From contig OZ250172.1 of NCBI GenBank assembly GCA_965237905.1, positions 768,001 to 832,000 on the forward strand: a DNA stretch of 64,000 bases, in the 5' to 3' direction. The notes beneath the pieces are model-generated. The model was given only the letters and a program-made list of their open reading frames with translations. It made no database searches and had not been told where the DNA came from. Below are positions 10,527-19,853 of this stretch, in pieces (within the stretch, counting starts at the first letter, position 1; every line of letters begins with the position of its first letter). Source of the stretch: Nitrospinaceae bacterium. Lineage in GTDB: Bacteria > Nitrospinota > Nitrospinia > Nitrospinales > Nitrospinaceae. The position numbers and the translations under genes are program-made.

Positions 10527-10789
10527 TCGGCGCTATCGAAATACTGATCATTGCAATTATCTTCGGCATCATCTACGGCCGGGACGCCATTGACAAAACG
10601 TTCAAGAAACACGCGGACGAAGGCGTGGTGGAAAGTTTTGGGGTGGACGTCAAGGAGTTCTACAAGAAAGACCCGAAGCGGCTAATCCTCCTGGTGGCCG
10701 GAGGCTTGGGCGGTTTCATTTTCGTAGGGCTGGGGATCTATTGGGCGCTGACCCGGACTGACCTTCTGAAAATGATCGGACTGGAATAA
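10523..10789 (+). CDS. Small two-TM membrane protein (88 aa)
   Basis: ATG at 10523 overlaps the upstream stop (ATGA); MIGAIEILIIAIIFGIIYG plus a second hydrophobic helix. Confidence 0.7.
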   Translation: MIGAIEILIIAIIFGIIYGRDAIDKTFKKHADEGVVESFGVDVKEFYKKDPKRLILLVAGGLGGFIFVGLGIYWALTRTDLLKMIGLE

Positions 10790-10802
10790 CCCACCTCCCC
10801 TA

Positions 10803-11279
10803 TCAATAATTGAATCCGTTATCGCGGACGTGAAAGTAAGGGTCTCCCCCCTTCAACATTTTGCCGCTGACGATTTCTCCGACATACACCACATGGTCTC
10901 CGAATGCAGTCTGCTCGCGCAGTTCGCATTCCATATAGGCCACAGCATCGCTCAGCACTTTGATATCGTGAAACCCCTTGCTCACTTTTAATCCGTCAAA
11001 CACCGAAACGCCGGGCACCGGAGCTTTGAAGAAATGCTTCATCAAGTCGTTCGAATTCTTGCCCAACACGTTCACGATGAACGCTTGGGACGCCTCGACC
11101 AGAAGCCGCCCCTGACGTGCCACCCCCAGTGCCACGGTCAGTGCGGGCGGGTCGAACGAACACTGGTTGACCCAGCTGGCCAACACCGCGTCCTCTTTAT
11201 CTTTATGTTTTGCCGTCACCACAAACAGGCCGCTCGGAACGCGGCCCAAGGCTTTGCCTACCTCTTTTTTATGTTTCAA
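10803..11279 (-). CDS. Flavin reductase-like protein
   Basis: ALGRVPSGLFVVT, SWVNQCSFDPP and GDHVVYVGE motifs. Confidence 0.9.
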   Translation of the reverse strand: MKHKKEVGKALGRVPSGLFVVTAKHKDKEDAVLASWVNQCSFDPPALTVALGVARQGRLLVEASQAFIVNVLGKNSNDLMKHFFKAPVPGVSVFDGLKVSKGFHDIKVLSDAVAYMECELREQTAFGDHVVYVGEIVSGKMLKGGDPYFHVRDNGFNY

Positions 11280-11379
11280 TGTCCACTCCTCAAAAAAAAA
11301 CCCATGAATCCAGATAATTTAAAAGGGCTCATTATACCCAAAACCGGCCTGGGAAACCCCGTCTCCTCCACACCAGAAC

Positions 11380-11748
11380 TTATTCTTTTTTGTTTTGCGA
11401 CCGGAATTTTTTCAAGGCCTTGATCAATTCCATCTGGGACACCCAGCCCTGTGACACCAGAATCTCCCCCAACAGGCGGTTGGTGTGCGTTTGCCGCTCC
11501 AGTAACGCCTCCACCTGTTCCTGACTCAGGTACTCCATCTCAACGGCCAGTTTTCCGAAGTTTTTAGATTTTTCTTCCGGTTTCCTCTGACGGGACAGAA
11601 TCCGAAACAACTGCTTGTTGTCGATCAATCCTTTTTGCAGAGCCAACTGTCCCAGCGGCACCCGGTCGGTTTTCTGGATTTCCAGTGCACGGGCCAGGTC
11701 CTTTTCCTGAATGATACTCTGCGCTACAAGATATTCTCCAAAAATCAC
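11380..11748 (-). CDS. Stand-alone MshEN-like (T2SSE_N) four-repeat protein
   Basis: Four 24-aa xLGxxLxxxGxIxxxxLxxxLxxQ-like repeats; GTG start 15 nt after the cyclase stop. Confidence 0.75.
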   Translation of the reverse strand: MIFGEYLVAQSIIQEKDLARALEIQKTDRVPLGQLALQKGLIDNKQLFRILSRQRKPEEKSKNFGKLAVEMEYLSQEQVEALLERQTHTNRLLGEILVSQGWVSQMELIKALKKFRSQNKKE

Positions 11749-11763
11749 AGACAGAAGTCCTTT

Positions 11764-13995
11764 CTACTTGGTCCGCATGGCAAAAACACCGTCCCAATCC
11801 GGGGGCGGCGGATGATACTGAAACGTGATACACCGTTCGAAATAAGTCAGCGACGGGCCGTCGTCTTCGTACAGATTCAACGCGTTTTCAAAACAGGTGA
11901 TGCCCTCCTCCCACCGCTGGTTTTTATAATGGTCCAGACCCTCCTGGAAATGAGGAAGAATGAGGCGGATGTGGTCTTCCATCTCCCCCTTACGCCCGAG
12001 CAGTTCGTAAATCTTGATAGGCTCTTTTTTACCGACCACACGGATGGAGTCCAACTCGCGCGCTTCGATATCGTTCTTCGCCAACTCGTAGGTGAATTCG
12101 CTGAGCATGGTGTACGTCTGGTATTGCTTGTTAGCGCCCTCGAGCCGTGCCGCCACGTTCACCGGATCGCCTATCATGGTGTAATCGAACCGGTTCTCGG
12201 AACCCATGTTGCCCACCGTCACCTGCCCGGTATTGATACCGATGCGCATGAATAATTCATGCCGGCCCTTTCTTTTCCAGATGTTCCGCAACTCAGCCAG
12301 CCGTTTCTGCATATCCAGCGCGGCGTAGCAGGTTCGGGTGGCATGATCTTTAAAATCGATGGGCGCGCCGAAAAACGCAATGATGGCGTCGCCTTCGAAC
12401 TTGTCAACCGTCCCTTCGTATTGCATGACAATGTCGGTCATCTCCGTTAAATACTCATTCAATAAAATCACCAGTTCGCTCGCGGTCAACTGTTCTGAAA
12501 TCGAGGAGAAATTCGCCGCGTCCGAGAAAAAAGCCGTCAATACTTTGTCTTCTCCTCCCAGGTTCAAGAGCTTGGGATTTTCCACCAACTGATCCACCAC
12601 CGCCGGAGCCAGGTACTGGCTGAATGCGCTTTTGATAAACCGTTTTTCCCGTTCTTCAAATGTGAAGCGGTATAACGTAATTCCAAAATAAACCAGGAAT
12701 TGGGAAAACAAGGGGGATACCGTATGAACCCACAATCCCTGCCGGGTAAATAATATATAATCGCAGACTAGGTATCCCCCCACTCCCACCACCAGCAAGA
12801 TGGCGGTGCCAACGGCTTTGAAATAAAGGGCGACCAAACCCAACAAAATACCGGTCACCAGAATCATCGTCATATCCAGAACGGGGACCCAGGATGGGCG
12901 CTTGAGAAAATCCTGTTGAAGGATGTTTTCAATCATATTGGCGTGTACCTCCACCCCAGGATAAAGAGGACCATAAGGGGTGGTATGCAAGTCATGCAGG
13001 GCGGGGGCGGTACCGCCGACCAGGACAATTTTATCTTTCAACTGGATCGACCCCACAGTGCCATCGATGACGTCGGATGCGGACAAATAGCTAAACGTCT
13101 GTTTTGGTCCGTAATAATTCACCAGAAAATTCCCTTCCTCCGTAACGGGAATCGGGGAATCCCCCAACCGTATTTCCCCCACGCGGTGAGGAAAAATACG
13201 AACGACGGCACTCAGCTTGGTGGCTTCCCGCAACAATTGCAGACTGAATGGCGGAAATACCGCCTCCTTATGCATGCGCACCATGGGCATAAAGCGAATA
13301 ACCCCGTCGCGCCCCGGCCAAAACGACACGTAACCCGTGCTGTTGGCGGCATCCATCAACGAAGGCAGACTGAGGCCTACCGCATAAATGGGTCGCAGAA
13401 AATCGGGGGTAATCAATTGGTCGCTGAACTGCACCATTGAGTACTGGGAAAAATCCAGCAGTTCGAACTCCTTGGGTCCCATCATCGCCGCAGAATCTTC
13501 AGCCGCCTGCTCTGCTGTGGCGTACACAAAATAACCCAGTACCGTCCGCTCCGACCGGCGGATCGCATCGGCAAACCTGGAATCTGAATCACTTATTTCT
13601 TCCAGCAAATTCACCAGTTTCTTCCGGCTCATGCCAGACACGACTTTCTTCGCAATTTCATTTTTAACTTTATCGAGAGGAATGTAGGCTTCCTTTTCGG
13701 GGAAAAAAAAGTCGAAACCGATCACCGCCGCACCGGATTCAGTCAACTTGTCCACCAGCGTCGCCAGTCGGGTACGCGGCCAGGGCCAGCGTCCTTCCCG
13801 TTTCAAGCTGTGCTCATCAATGGCGACGATCACCACCTGGCCGGAAACCGGCCGCGTGCCCCGCAGGGACATTTTAAAATCGTAAGCCTTGGATTCCAGT
13901 AGCTCAAAAAGGGGAAGATTGAGGGAATAAATGAAAAGGGAAAACAGGGTGATCAACACAGAGACTGTAAAGGCGTTCAGCCAGCGAATTTTCAT
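11764..13995 (-). CDS. CHASE2-domain class III adenylate cyclase with C-terminal TPR-like tail
   Basis: CHASE2 motifs (IVAIDE, GRWPWPR, PGVEVHA), three TMs, FSDAANFS, DKFEGDA, YTMIGDPVNVAARLE (Lys and Thr indicate ATP specificity). Confidence 0.92.
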   Translation of the reverse strand: MKIRWLNAFTVSVLITLFSLFIYSLNLPLFELLESKAYDFKMSLRGTRPVSGQVVIVAIDEHSLKREGRWPWPRTRLATLVDKLTESGAAVIGFDFFFPEKEAYIPLDKVKNEIAKKVVSGMSRKKLVNLLEEISDSDSRFADAIRRSERTVLGYFVYATAEQAAEDSAAMMGPKEFELLDFSQYSMVQFSDQLITPDFLRPIYAVGLSLPSLMDAANSTGYVSFWPGRDGVIRFMPMVRMHKEAVFPPFSLQLLREATKLSAVVRIFPHRVGEIRLGDSPIPVTEEGNFLVNYYGPKQTFSYLSASDVIDGTVGSIQLKDKIVLVGGTAPALHDLHTTPYGPLYPGVEVHANMIENILQQDFLKRPSWVPVLDMTMILVTGILLGLVALYFKAVGTAILLVVGVGGYLVCDYILFTRQGLWVHTVSPLFSQFLVYFGITLYRFTFEEREKRFIKSAFSQYLAPAVVDQLVENPKLLNLGGEDKVLTAFFSDAANFSSISEQLTASELVILLNEYLTEMTDIVMQYEGTVDKFEGDAIIAFFGAPIDFKDHATRTCYAALDMQKRLAELRNIWKRKGRHELFMRIGINTGQVTVGNMGSENRFDYTMIGDPVNVAARLEGANKQYQTYTMLSEFTYELAKNDIEARELDSIRVVGKKEPIKIYELLGRKGEMEDHIRLILPHFQEGLDHYKNQRWEEGITCFENALNLYEDDGPSLTYFERCITFQYHPPPPDWDGVFAMRTK

Positions 13996-14080
13996 GGGAG
14001 AATTTTAACACAAGGGGAATTGACAAGGAAAAAGTCAGGTGAAGAAAAACCACCGGTCAAGCGGATTCGATTGCCCTGAA

Positions 14081-15676
14081 TCAACAGCCGCCTGAACCAC
14101 CGTTCTGGAAAAAATCGGTGAGAAAGGAGCTCAAGGACCCCTGCTGGACGGAATTGGTGTCGATGGAAGGCAAAGGCTGGGACCTGCCGCCTCCGCCGGT
14201 TCCGTTACCATTCAGTATCAAATCACGGGTTTCACCGAACGACGACTCATCGGCATTGATATTGACTGCACTTATATCGATATCGCGTGCTGAAACGATG
14301 GCCACGTCGGGAGCCACGTTGAAATCGCCTTTGCCATTCCCTTCGCTGTCTGCCACCGCAATAAAATCGGTCTTGGTGGTGGTGACGTCGGCATTCACGT
14401 TGATATCGTTGACAGCCAATAACTTCAAAGTCGGGAAGGCAGAAGCCATTTCTACAAAATTAATGTTCGCGCCGGACTCTAAGATCACAGAGTCTGTAAT
14501 GCCGTCTGTATCGTTCTCGGTTATGCCTTTTACGTTGATGTCGCCGTCCGTTTTCAGTATCAGATTCTCTGCGACGATATGGCGAATATCGTTGCTACCC
14601 ACACTTCCATGGGGATTATTGCCGGACTCGATATTCAGATCGCCACCGTCCGCGAGAGTGAAGAGGACGTCGCCGGTGCCGCTGTTCAGATAGCCCTTCA
14701 GGTCCAGATGATTGGCTACGATATCGATGTCCCCATTGTTGGTCGACAGGGAATTGTTTGCTGATACTGCCACCGCCTCCGCTGTGATAAAGACCTCGGA
14801 GGCATCCAGCGTTCCGGAAACCTCAACATTGCCGCCTCCGCCGGACAAAATGATCTTGCCGTCTTTCTGCTTGACTGTTTGGGCTTCGATGATTCCGGAA
14901 TGATTGATTACGTTGCTGATCACGTCGCCGGCAGATCTCGCTGTCAGTAAAACCTGTCCACCGTTGGCGCGAATGAGTCCGGAATTGTTGATTTGATCAT
15001 AGAGCACATTGCCCTTTGCGTCGGCCACCACGAAACTGATCAGGCTGTCGCCATTGAAATCCAGGGTCGCCGCCGTGCCGGAGGCCAGGACCACGGATCC
15101 CAGGTCCGCCACGATAATGGAACCGTTATTTTCCACCGCCGGAGCGGCCAGGCCGACATAACGGGCGGCATTTATGGTTCCGTTATTGATGACAGCGACC
15201 AGGCGGTTCGGGTCTTGTGAAAACTGATAATTGCCTTTCAGAAAATCGTCGTTGGAGATGTTAAGCGTGGTCGCCAGCAGGCCATGGACATCCACCTTGG
15301 CGTTCTGTCCGAATACCACTCCGGAGGGATTGCTCAGAAACACCTGACCGTTGGCAGAAAGTTTGCCGAGAATGATGCTGGGGTCCACGCCGATCACCCG
15401 ATTGAGCGCCACCGAGTTGATGTCGGGTTGCTTGAACGTGACCGATTCCTTCGAACCGATGCTGAATCCCTGCCAGTTGGTGATCAACTGTTGGGTATTC
15501 TGCTGAATCACCATATCCTGCTTTGAGGGTTGTTCGATACTGCCGGTTCCGGAGACAATCTCCCCGCCATTGGGCAGGGCATTCACCCATCCGGGTGTTA
15601 CCGCCCACAGGCCCACCAAAAGGCTGATGGCCAGCCGGTTCAATCTGCGGGTTTGTTTCGGTTCCAATTTGCGCAT
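14081..15676 (-). CDS. Short TpsA exoprotein with filamentous-haemagglutinin N-terminal (TPS) domain
   Basis: Signal peptide, NWQGFSIG, LNRV...GKLSANGQVFLSNPSGVVFG, beta-helix-like repeats; 531 aa, ends GGSGGC. Confidence 0.9.
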   Translation of the reverse strand: MRKLEPKQTRRLNRLAISLLVGLWAVTPGWVNALPNGGEIVSGTGSIEQPSKQDMVIQQNTQQLITNWQGFSIGSKESVTFKQPDINSVALNRVIGVDPSIILGKLSANGQVFLSNPSGVVFGQNAKVDVHGLLATTLNISNDDFLKGNYQFSQDPNRLVAVINNGTINAARYVGLAAPAVENNGSIIVADLGSVVLASGTAATLDFNGDSLISFVVADAKGNVLYDQINNSGLIRANGGQVLLTARSAGDVISNVINHSGIIEAQTVKQKDGKIILSGGGGNVEVSGTLDASEVFITAEAVAVSANNSLSTNNGDIDIVANHLDLKGYLNSGTGDVLFTLADGGDLNIESGNNPHGSVGSNDIRHIVAENLILKTDGDINVKGITENDTDGITDSVILESGANINFVEMASAFPTLKLLAVNDINVNADVTTTKTDFIAVADSEGNGKGDFNVAPDVAIVSARDIDISAVNINADESSFGETRDLILNGNGTGGGGRSQPLPSIDTNSVQQGSLSSFLTDFFQNGGSGGC

Positions 15677-15701
15677 GATGCACTATCCTCTGGATCCTGC
15701 C

Positions 15702-16505
15702 TCAGCCTGAGCACGAATCCGATTCATCTTCCTCGAATAAATCATATTCTTCCTTTAAGGCATCCGTCACAATGGAGCCTTGCCGGGGTTTTTCACGGTA
15801 ACGCGAACCCACCGCACCCATGACCACCTGCTGGATCAGGCTCTGCTCGGAACCCGTCAAAGCTTCCGGTTGCGTCGGCGGTTTGCCTTCTTCAACGACC
15901 GTTTTCATCATCTGCCCGACCATCACGTCCCCAATAACGGTGGGGTCGGCATTGAGAACCCGGATAGCGCCCGCTTGATTGGCAACCAGCGTTTTGAGTT
16001 GCGAAACGCTTAAATACCCCTGGGTACCGCGCGCCGCCACATTGGCGGTGGGGGAAAGGATTTTGAAATGGGATTTGGGATGCTTCTGTTCCTTATTGAC
16101 AATATACATGGAAATGCCGTGGCCGATGCTGATCACACCCTGACGAAGCTTCTCCTTGGCATCAAACAGATAGGACGAAATCTTCATCCGGGAGTTGGGG
16201 CCGAGGGCCATCAGGCTGGAATCTTCAAACAAAATACGCAGGCGGCTCTTGCGGCCGGTCCGAAACTCATCGCTGGCATACACCATCTGCTTGGGTTGCA
16301 ACTTCTGCCAGGGGGTCAATGACACTGGAACCACCTGGCCGGGTTGGGCATTGGCTACCGATTCCTCACCACCCGGCAGATATTCCGCGCTTCCAATAAT
16401 GGCGATAATCTTGCCCACCGGTTTTTTCTCCGCCCAGGCATTCGCCGGAAGAATCAAAATCACCACCGCCAGCAAGGCCAATCCTTTTCCTAAAAGCTTG
16501 ATCAT
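15702..16505 (-). CDS. Periplasmic FecR-domain protein
   Basis: Signal peptide (ANAWA), FRTGRKSRLRILFEDSSLMALGPNS, SPTANVAARGT. Confidence 0.85.
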   Translation of the reverse strand: MIKLLGKGLALLAVVILILPANAWAEKKPVGKIIAIIGSAEYLPGGEESVANAQPGQVVPVSLTPWQKLQPKQMVYASDEFRTGRKSRLRILFEDSSLMALGPNSRMKISSYLFDAKEKLRQGVISIGHGISMYIVNKEQKHPKSHFKILSPTANVAARGTQGYLSVSQLKTLVANQAGAIRVLNADPTVIGDVMVGQMMKTVVEEGKPPTQPEALTGSEQSLIQQVVMGAVGSRYREKPRQGSIVTDALKEEYDLFEEDESDSCSG

Positions 16506-16726
16506 CCCTTTACTCCTGCAAATTTCAATATTCCTGCATTGATGGAAACATTATATGCGTAAATGTAAATAAATGGAGGAGAAATATAGGAAATCCACAA
16601 AAATACCCCAAAAGGGGTTGTTTTTTATGTCTTTAGAACAATAAAAACTTTAGTCTTTTTTAGATATTTCGGGCAAATCCAGGAAAAGCTTGAACTCAAA
16701 TTTACAAAGAGAGTCTGAAATCAGGG

Positions 16727-18478
16727 CTAGAAGGAAATCATGCCATTGAGATAGAGCGTGTTAGAGGATCCATCCGAGGGCTCTGGACCCCCAAATGCGG
16801 GGAATCCGTAGGCGAGGGAAAAGCTGACGGCAGGGTAGTTTTCCCCCAAGGGAGGTATATTCAATCGCACTCCAAGGCCCACACCATTTAACTCCCGGTC
16901 ACTCTCACCGGCTTGCCGGTTTTTGATAAACACCTGGCCGTGGTCCAGAAAAGCAAAAAAGGATAGCACCTGGTCCAGTTGTATTGTCCGGGGATTCTTG
17001 AGCACTGTCACTTTGAAGGGAAAGGGAATCACCAACTCCGTGGATATGTAATACCCGTTGTCCCCTGCCGCTTCCGCCAGCGGGTATCCCCGCACCGATC
17101 CGAACCCACCGATCGCGAACTGATCCGGAGAAAGCACCCTTTTGGAAGCGACTTGGCCTTTAGCCTTCACCGTCAAATAGGTTTTCCCAATGAAAGCGGA
17201 CTGGTATCGTGTGACATCGAAACTGGAAAGCAAGGCATCGCCGCGCCCCTGAAACCGTGAATTCAGCGGATCGGAAACGTCACGTTCGCTGAAGCCCTGT
17301 TGCAGGCGCAGGGTATAAAACGTGCGAGCGCGTAGCGGGTCCTTGAAGAAACCCCCAACCGCAAAATAGACATCGCGCAATTTGTCGTCACTGGAGGAGG
17401 ATCCTGCAAGATCGTTTTCAAAGTTGCGAATCTCCCCACCCAGGCTCAAATAAAATTCAGAGCTACGAGTCCGGATCAGGGAATGACTTATATCCATGGT
17501 GAATATGTTGGCCTTACCGCCGGCGTTCAACACCGCCAGATCACCGCCCAAATTGAATTCGGTAAAAATGTACGACAGAGTGGCGGTAGTGCCATAGGGA
17601 CCAATGGGGATCGAATAGGAGGGATTGATGAAATCCTGATCCTCGTTGGACTTGACCCCGCGTATGGACAAGCGGTCACCCAACAATAACAGGCTTCCGG
17701 CTTCTGCCGTCAAACCGTACCGTTGCTCTCCGGTAAACCGGGAACCGAAATTGTCCGCGTCGAAAGCAATGCGGTAAGGTCGGGATTCCTCCGTCTGTAA
17801 CGTCAAGTCCGATGTGCCGAACACCTCCCCCGGTTTCAGGACGGCTTTTACATTCAATCCCTGTATGGCGTTCAATCCCAGAAGATATTTTTCCAGGGTG
17901 CTTTCCTTGAGAGCCGGGTCATCCTGCAGCGGTTTCAACCGTGCCAGGATTTCCTCCCGCTTGAATTTCTCGTTCCCCTCCACTTCAATTTTACCCAACT
18001 TGCCCTCAACCACTTGAATGGTTACGGTCCCGTTATCAATTTCCTGCTCCGGAACATAGACGCGGGTTAAGATATATCCCTTCGTGGTGTACTCAAGATT
18101 GATTTCCTGTGCGATGAGGTGGAGGATGCCGAGAGTCACTTCCAACCCGTCGCCCACCTCCAGAATAGGCGCCAGAGTGGCGTCATCGATCAACGTGTTG
18201 CCAGTCACTTCGATCTTTTTGACGATGAATTTAGGACCCGCCCCCGGGTCGACCACGGTACGGCTGTCCTTGATGGAAAGAGGCGGGAGTTCTTCTTCGG
18301 GAGGTTGGAGCTGGGGCTGGGACTGCTCCAGCGCTTTTTGGCCCACGCCGGATTCTCCCGCAGGGGGTACCGAAACCTGAGCCTGCAGGAGCGAAGGAAA
18401 CACCACCGCACTCCCAAAAGAACTAAGAGCAATGAATAGCAGACAGAGTTTGAGCGTGGTCCTGTTCGATTGGATTAT
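16727..18478 (-). CDS. TpsB (ShlB/FhaC/HecB) outer-membrane transporter; start uncertain
   Basis: Two POTRA domains, DNFGSRFTG, GGFGSVRGY motif, C-terminal Phe; frame stays open to 18478 and encodes a signal peptide upstream of the first GTG (18406). Confidence 0.9.
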   Translation of the reverse strand: MIQSNRTTLKLCLLFIALSSFGSAVVFPSLLQAQVSVPPAGESGVGQKALEQSQPQLQPPEEELPPLSIKDSRTVVDPGAGPKFIVKKIEVTGNTLIDDATLAPILEVGDGLEVTLGILHLIAQEINLEYTTKGYILTRVYVPEQEIDNGTVTIQVVEGKLGKIEVEGNEKFKREEILARLKPLQDDPALKESTLEKYLLGLNAIQGLNVKAVLKPGEVFGTSDLTLQTEESRPYRIAFDADNFGSRFTGEQRYGLTAEAGSLLLLGDRLSIRGVKSNEDQDFINPSYSIPIGPYGTTATLSYIFTEFNLGGDLAVLNAGGKANIFTMDISHSLIRTRSSEFYLSLGGEIRNFENDLAGSSSSDDKLRDVYFAVGGFFKDPLRARTFYTLRLQQGFSERDVSDPLNSRFQGRGDALLSSFDVTRYQSAFIGKTYLTVKAKGQVASKRVLSPDQFAIGGFGSVRGYPLAEAAGDNGYYISTELVIPFPFKVTVLKNPRTIQLDQVLSFFAFLDHGQVFIKNRQAGESDRELNGVGLGVRLNIPPLGENYPAVSFSLAYGFPAFGGPEPSDGSSNTLYLNGMISF

Positions 18479-18699
18479 TCAACGTCCGGTCTAGTCGGCG
18501 CTTACATCGCCGGTTGGATCATCCGCCGAACCCTCCCCCAAACGTCATCACTTGTTCGGCAATTCCATATTAAGTGGATAAGTCATTATATATCATTTAG
18601 ATAGAGGAAGCCATCCGAGACTTGGTTTTTCCGGGGAAGAGGCCTTTGTTAAAGCCCACCTTATGCACCGGAAAGATAACCGGAATGGAGTGATTTCTC

Positions 18700-19794
18700 T
18701 TATTCGATAGGCGAGTTGTTGCTAACTTTACAGGTTCCGTTGGCCGCCCATTTTCCGGGGATGGGTTCCCGGCAATCGGGGCAGGACCCGTTTTCGAGGG
18801 CGTTGGCGAGAACCTGAAATCCGTAACGTTCGATCAGGGTTTTTCCGCATTGCGGACACATCGTGTTTTCGGTATCGCCCACATGGCCGGGGCGGTTGCC
18901 GGAATAAACGAATTTGAGACCCGCCTTCACTCCTATTGTTCGGGCACGCAGGAGGGTTGCCACCGGGGTGCTGTCCCGGTCGGTCATCTTGTAAAGCGGA
19001 TGAAAGCCGGTGACGTGCCACGGGATGTCCTCGGAAACGGAGGCGACAAACTCGGCCATCTGAGTCAATTCTTCATCGGAATCATTGTAATCGGGAATCA
19101 CCAGCGTTACGATCTCCGTCCAGAATCCCATGGCATACACCTGCCGAATGGTTTCCAGAACCTCTTCAAAGTTCCCGCCCAGCTTCAAATACTTTTTCCG
19201 GTCGAAACATTTGAGGTCGATCTTAAACAGATCCAGCCACGGTTGCACGTACTCCAGCACTTCCGGTGTACCGTGGCCGTTGGAGACATAACCGGTGACC
19301 AATCCTCTGCTCTTGGCTTCCTTGAACACCTCGACCGCCCATTCGGAGGTGATCAACGGTTCGTTATACGTGGAAACTACGGTTCGGGAACCCTGCTGTT
19401 CGGCGAGGTCGCATAGGCCTTGAGCAGTTATGGCGTCAAAATCAAGCGTGGCGGCATCATCGCGAAGCGTCTGGGAGGTGAACCAGTTCTGGCAGTAGGC
19501 GCAACGGAAATCGCACCCCAGCATGCCGAAACTCATTGCCTGGGTTCCGGGCAGGGCATGAAAAAACGGTTTCTTTTCGATGGGATCGTTGTGAATGCCG
19601 GCGGCGTAGTTGAAAGGAACCTTCAACACGCCATCCGAATCGCTGTACCGGACCTTGCAGACTCCCCGTTGGCCGGGGCGCAATTGGCAACGGTGCCCAC
19701 AGGCCGTACAAATCAGCGAACCTTTTTCAAGAGGAATGAACAGTTCGCCGGGGCGGGTGTTTTCATCCAGTAAAGTTTGAGTTGTGGGTGTCAT
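18700..19794 (-). CDS. amrS: AmmeMemoRadiSam system radical SAM enzyme
   Basis: CTACGHRC, DPIEKKPFFH, GCDFRCAYCQN, C-terminal CPQC/CPDC. Confidence 0.88.
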   Translation of the reverse strand: MTPTTQTLLDENTRPGELFIPLEKGSLICTACGHRCQLRPGQRGVCKVRYSDSDGVLKVPFNYAAGIHNDPIEKKPFFHALPGTQAMSFGMLGCDFRCAYCQNWFTSQTLRDDAATLDFDAITAQGLCDLAEQQGSRTVVSTYNEPLITSEWAVEVFKEAKSRGLVTGYVSNGHGTPEVLEYVQPWLDLFKIDLKCFDRKKYLKLGGNFEEVLETIRQVYAMGFWTEIVTLVIPDYNDSDEELTQMAEFVASVSEDIPWHVTGFHPLYKMTDRDSTPVATLLRARTIGVKAGLKFVYSGNRPGHVGDTENTMCPQCGKTLIERYGFQVLANALENGSCPDCREPIPGKWAANGTCKVSNNSPIE

Positions 19795-19853
19795 AACCCA
19801 GCTCCTTGCCCTTTCCTGACTCACCGAGAACGGCAACTGTTTTCAAACCGAAT

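Noticed and set aside
14081..15676. CdiA contact-dependent inhibition toxin
   Set aside because: Far too short; no VENN/pretoxin or toxin domain and no immunity gene
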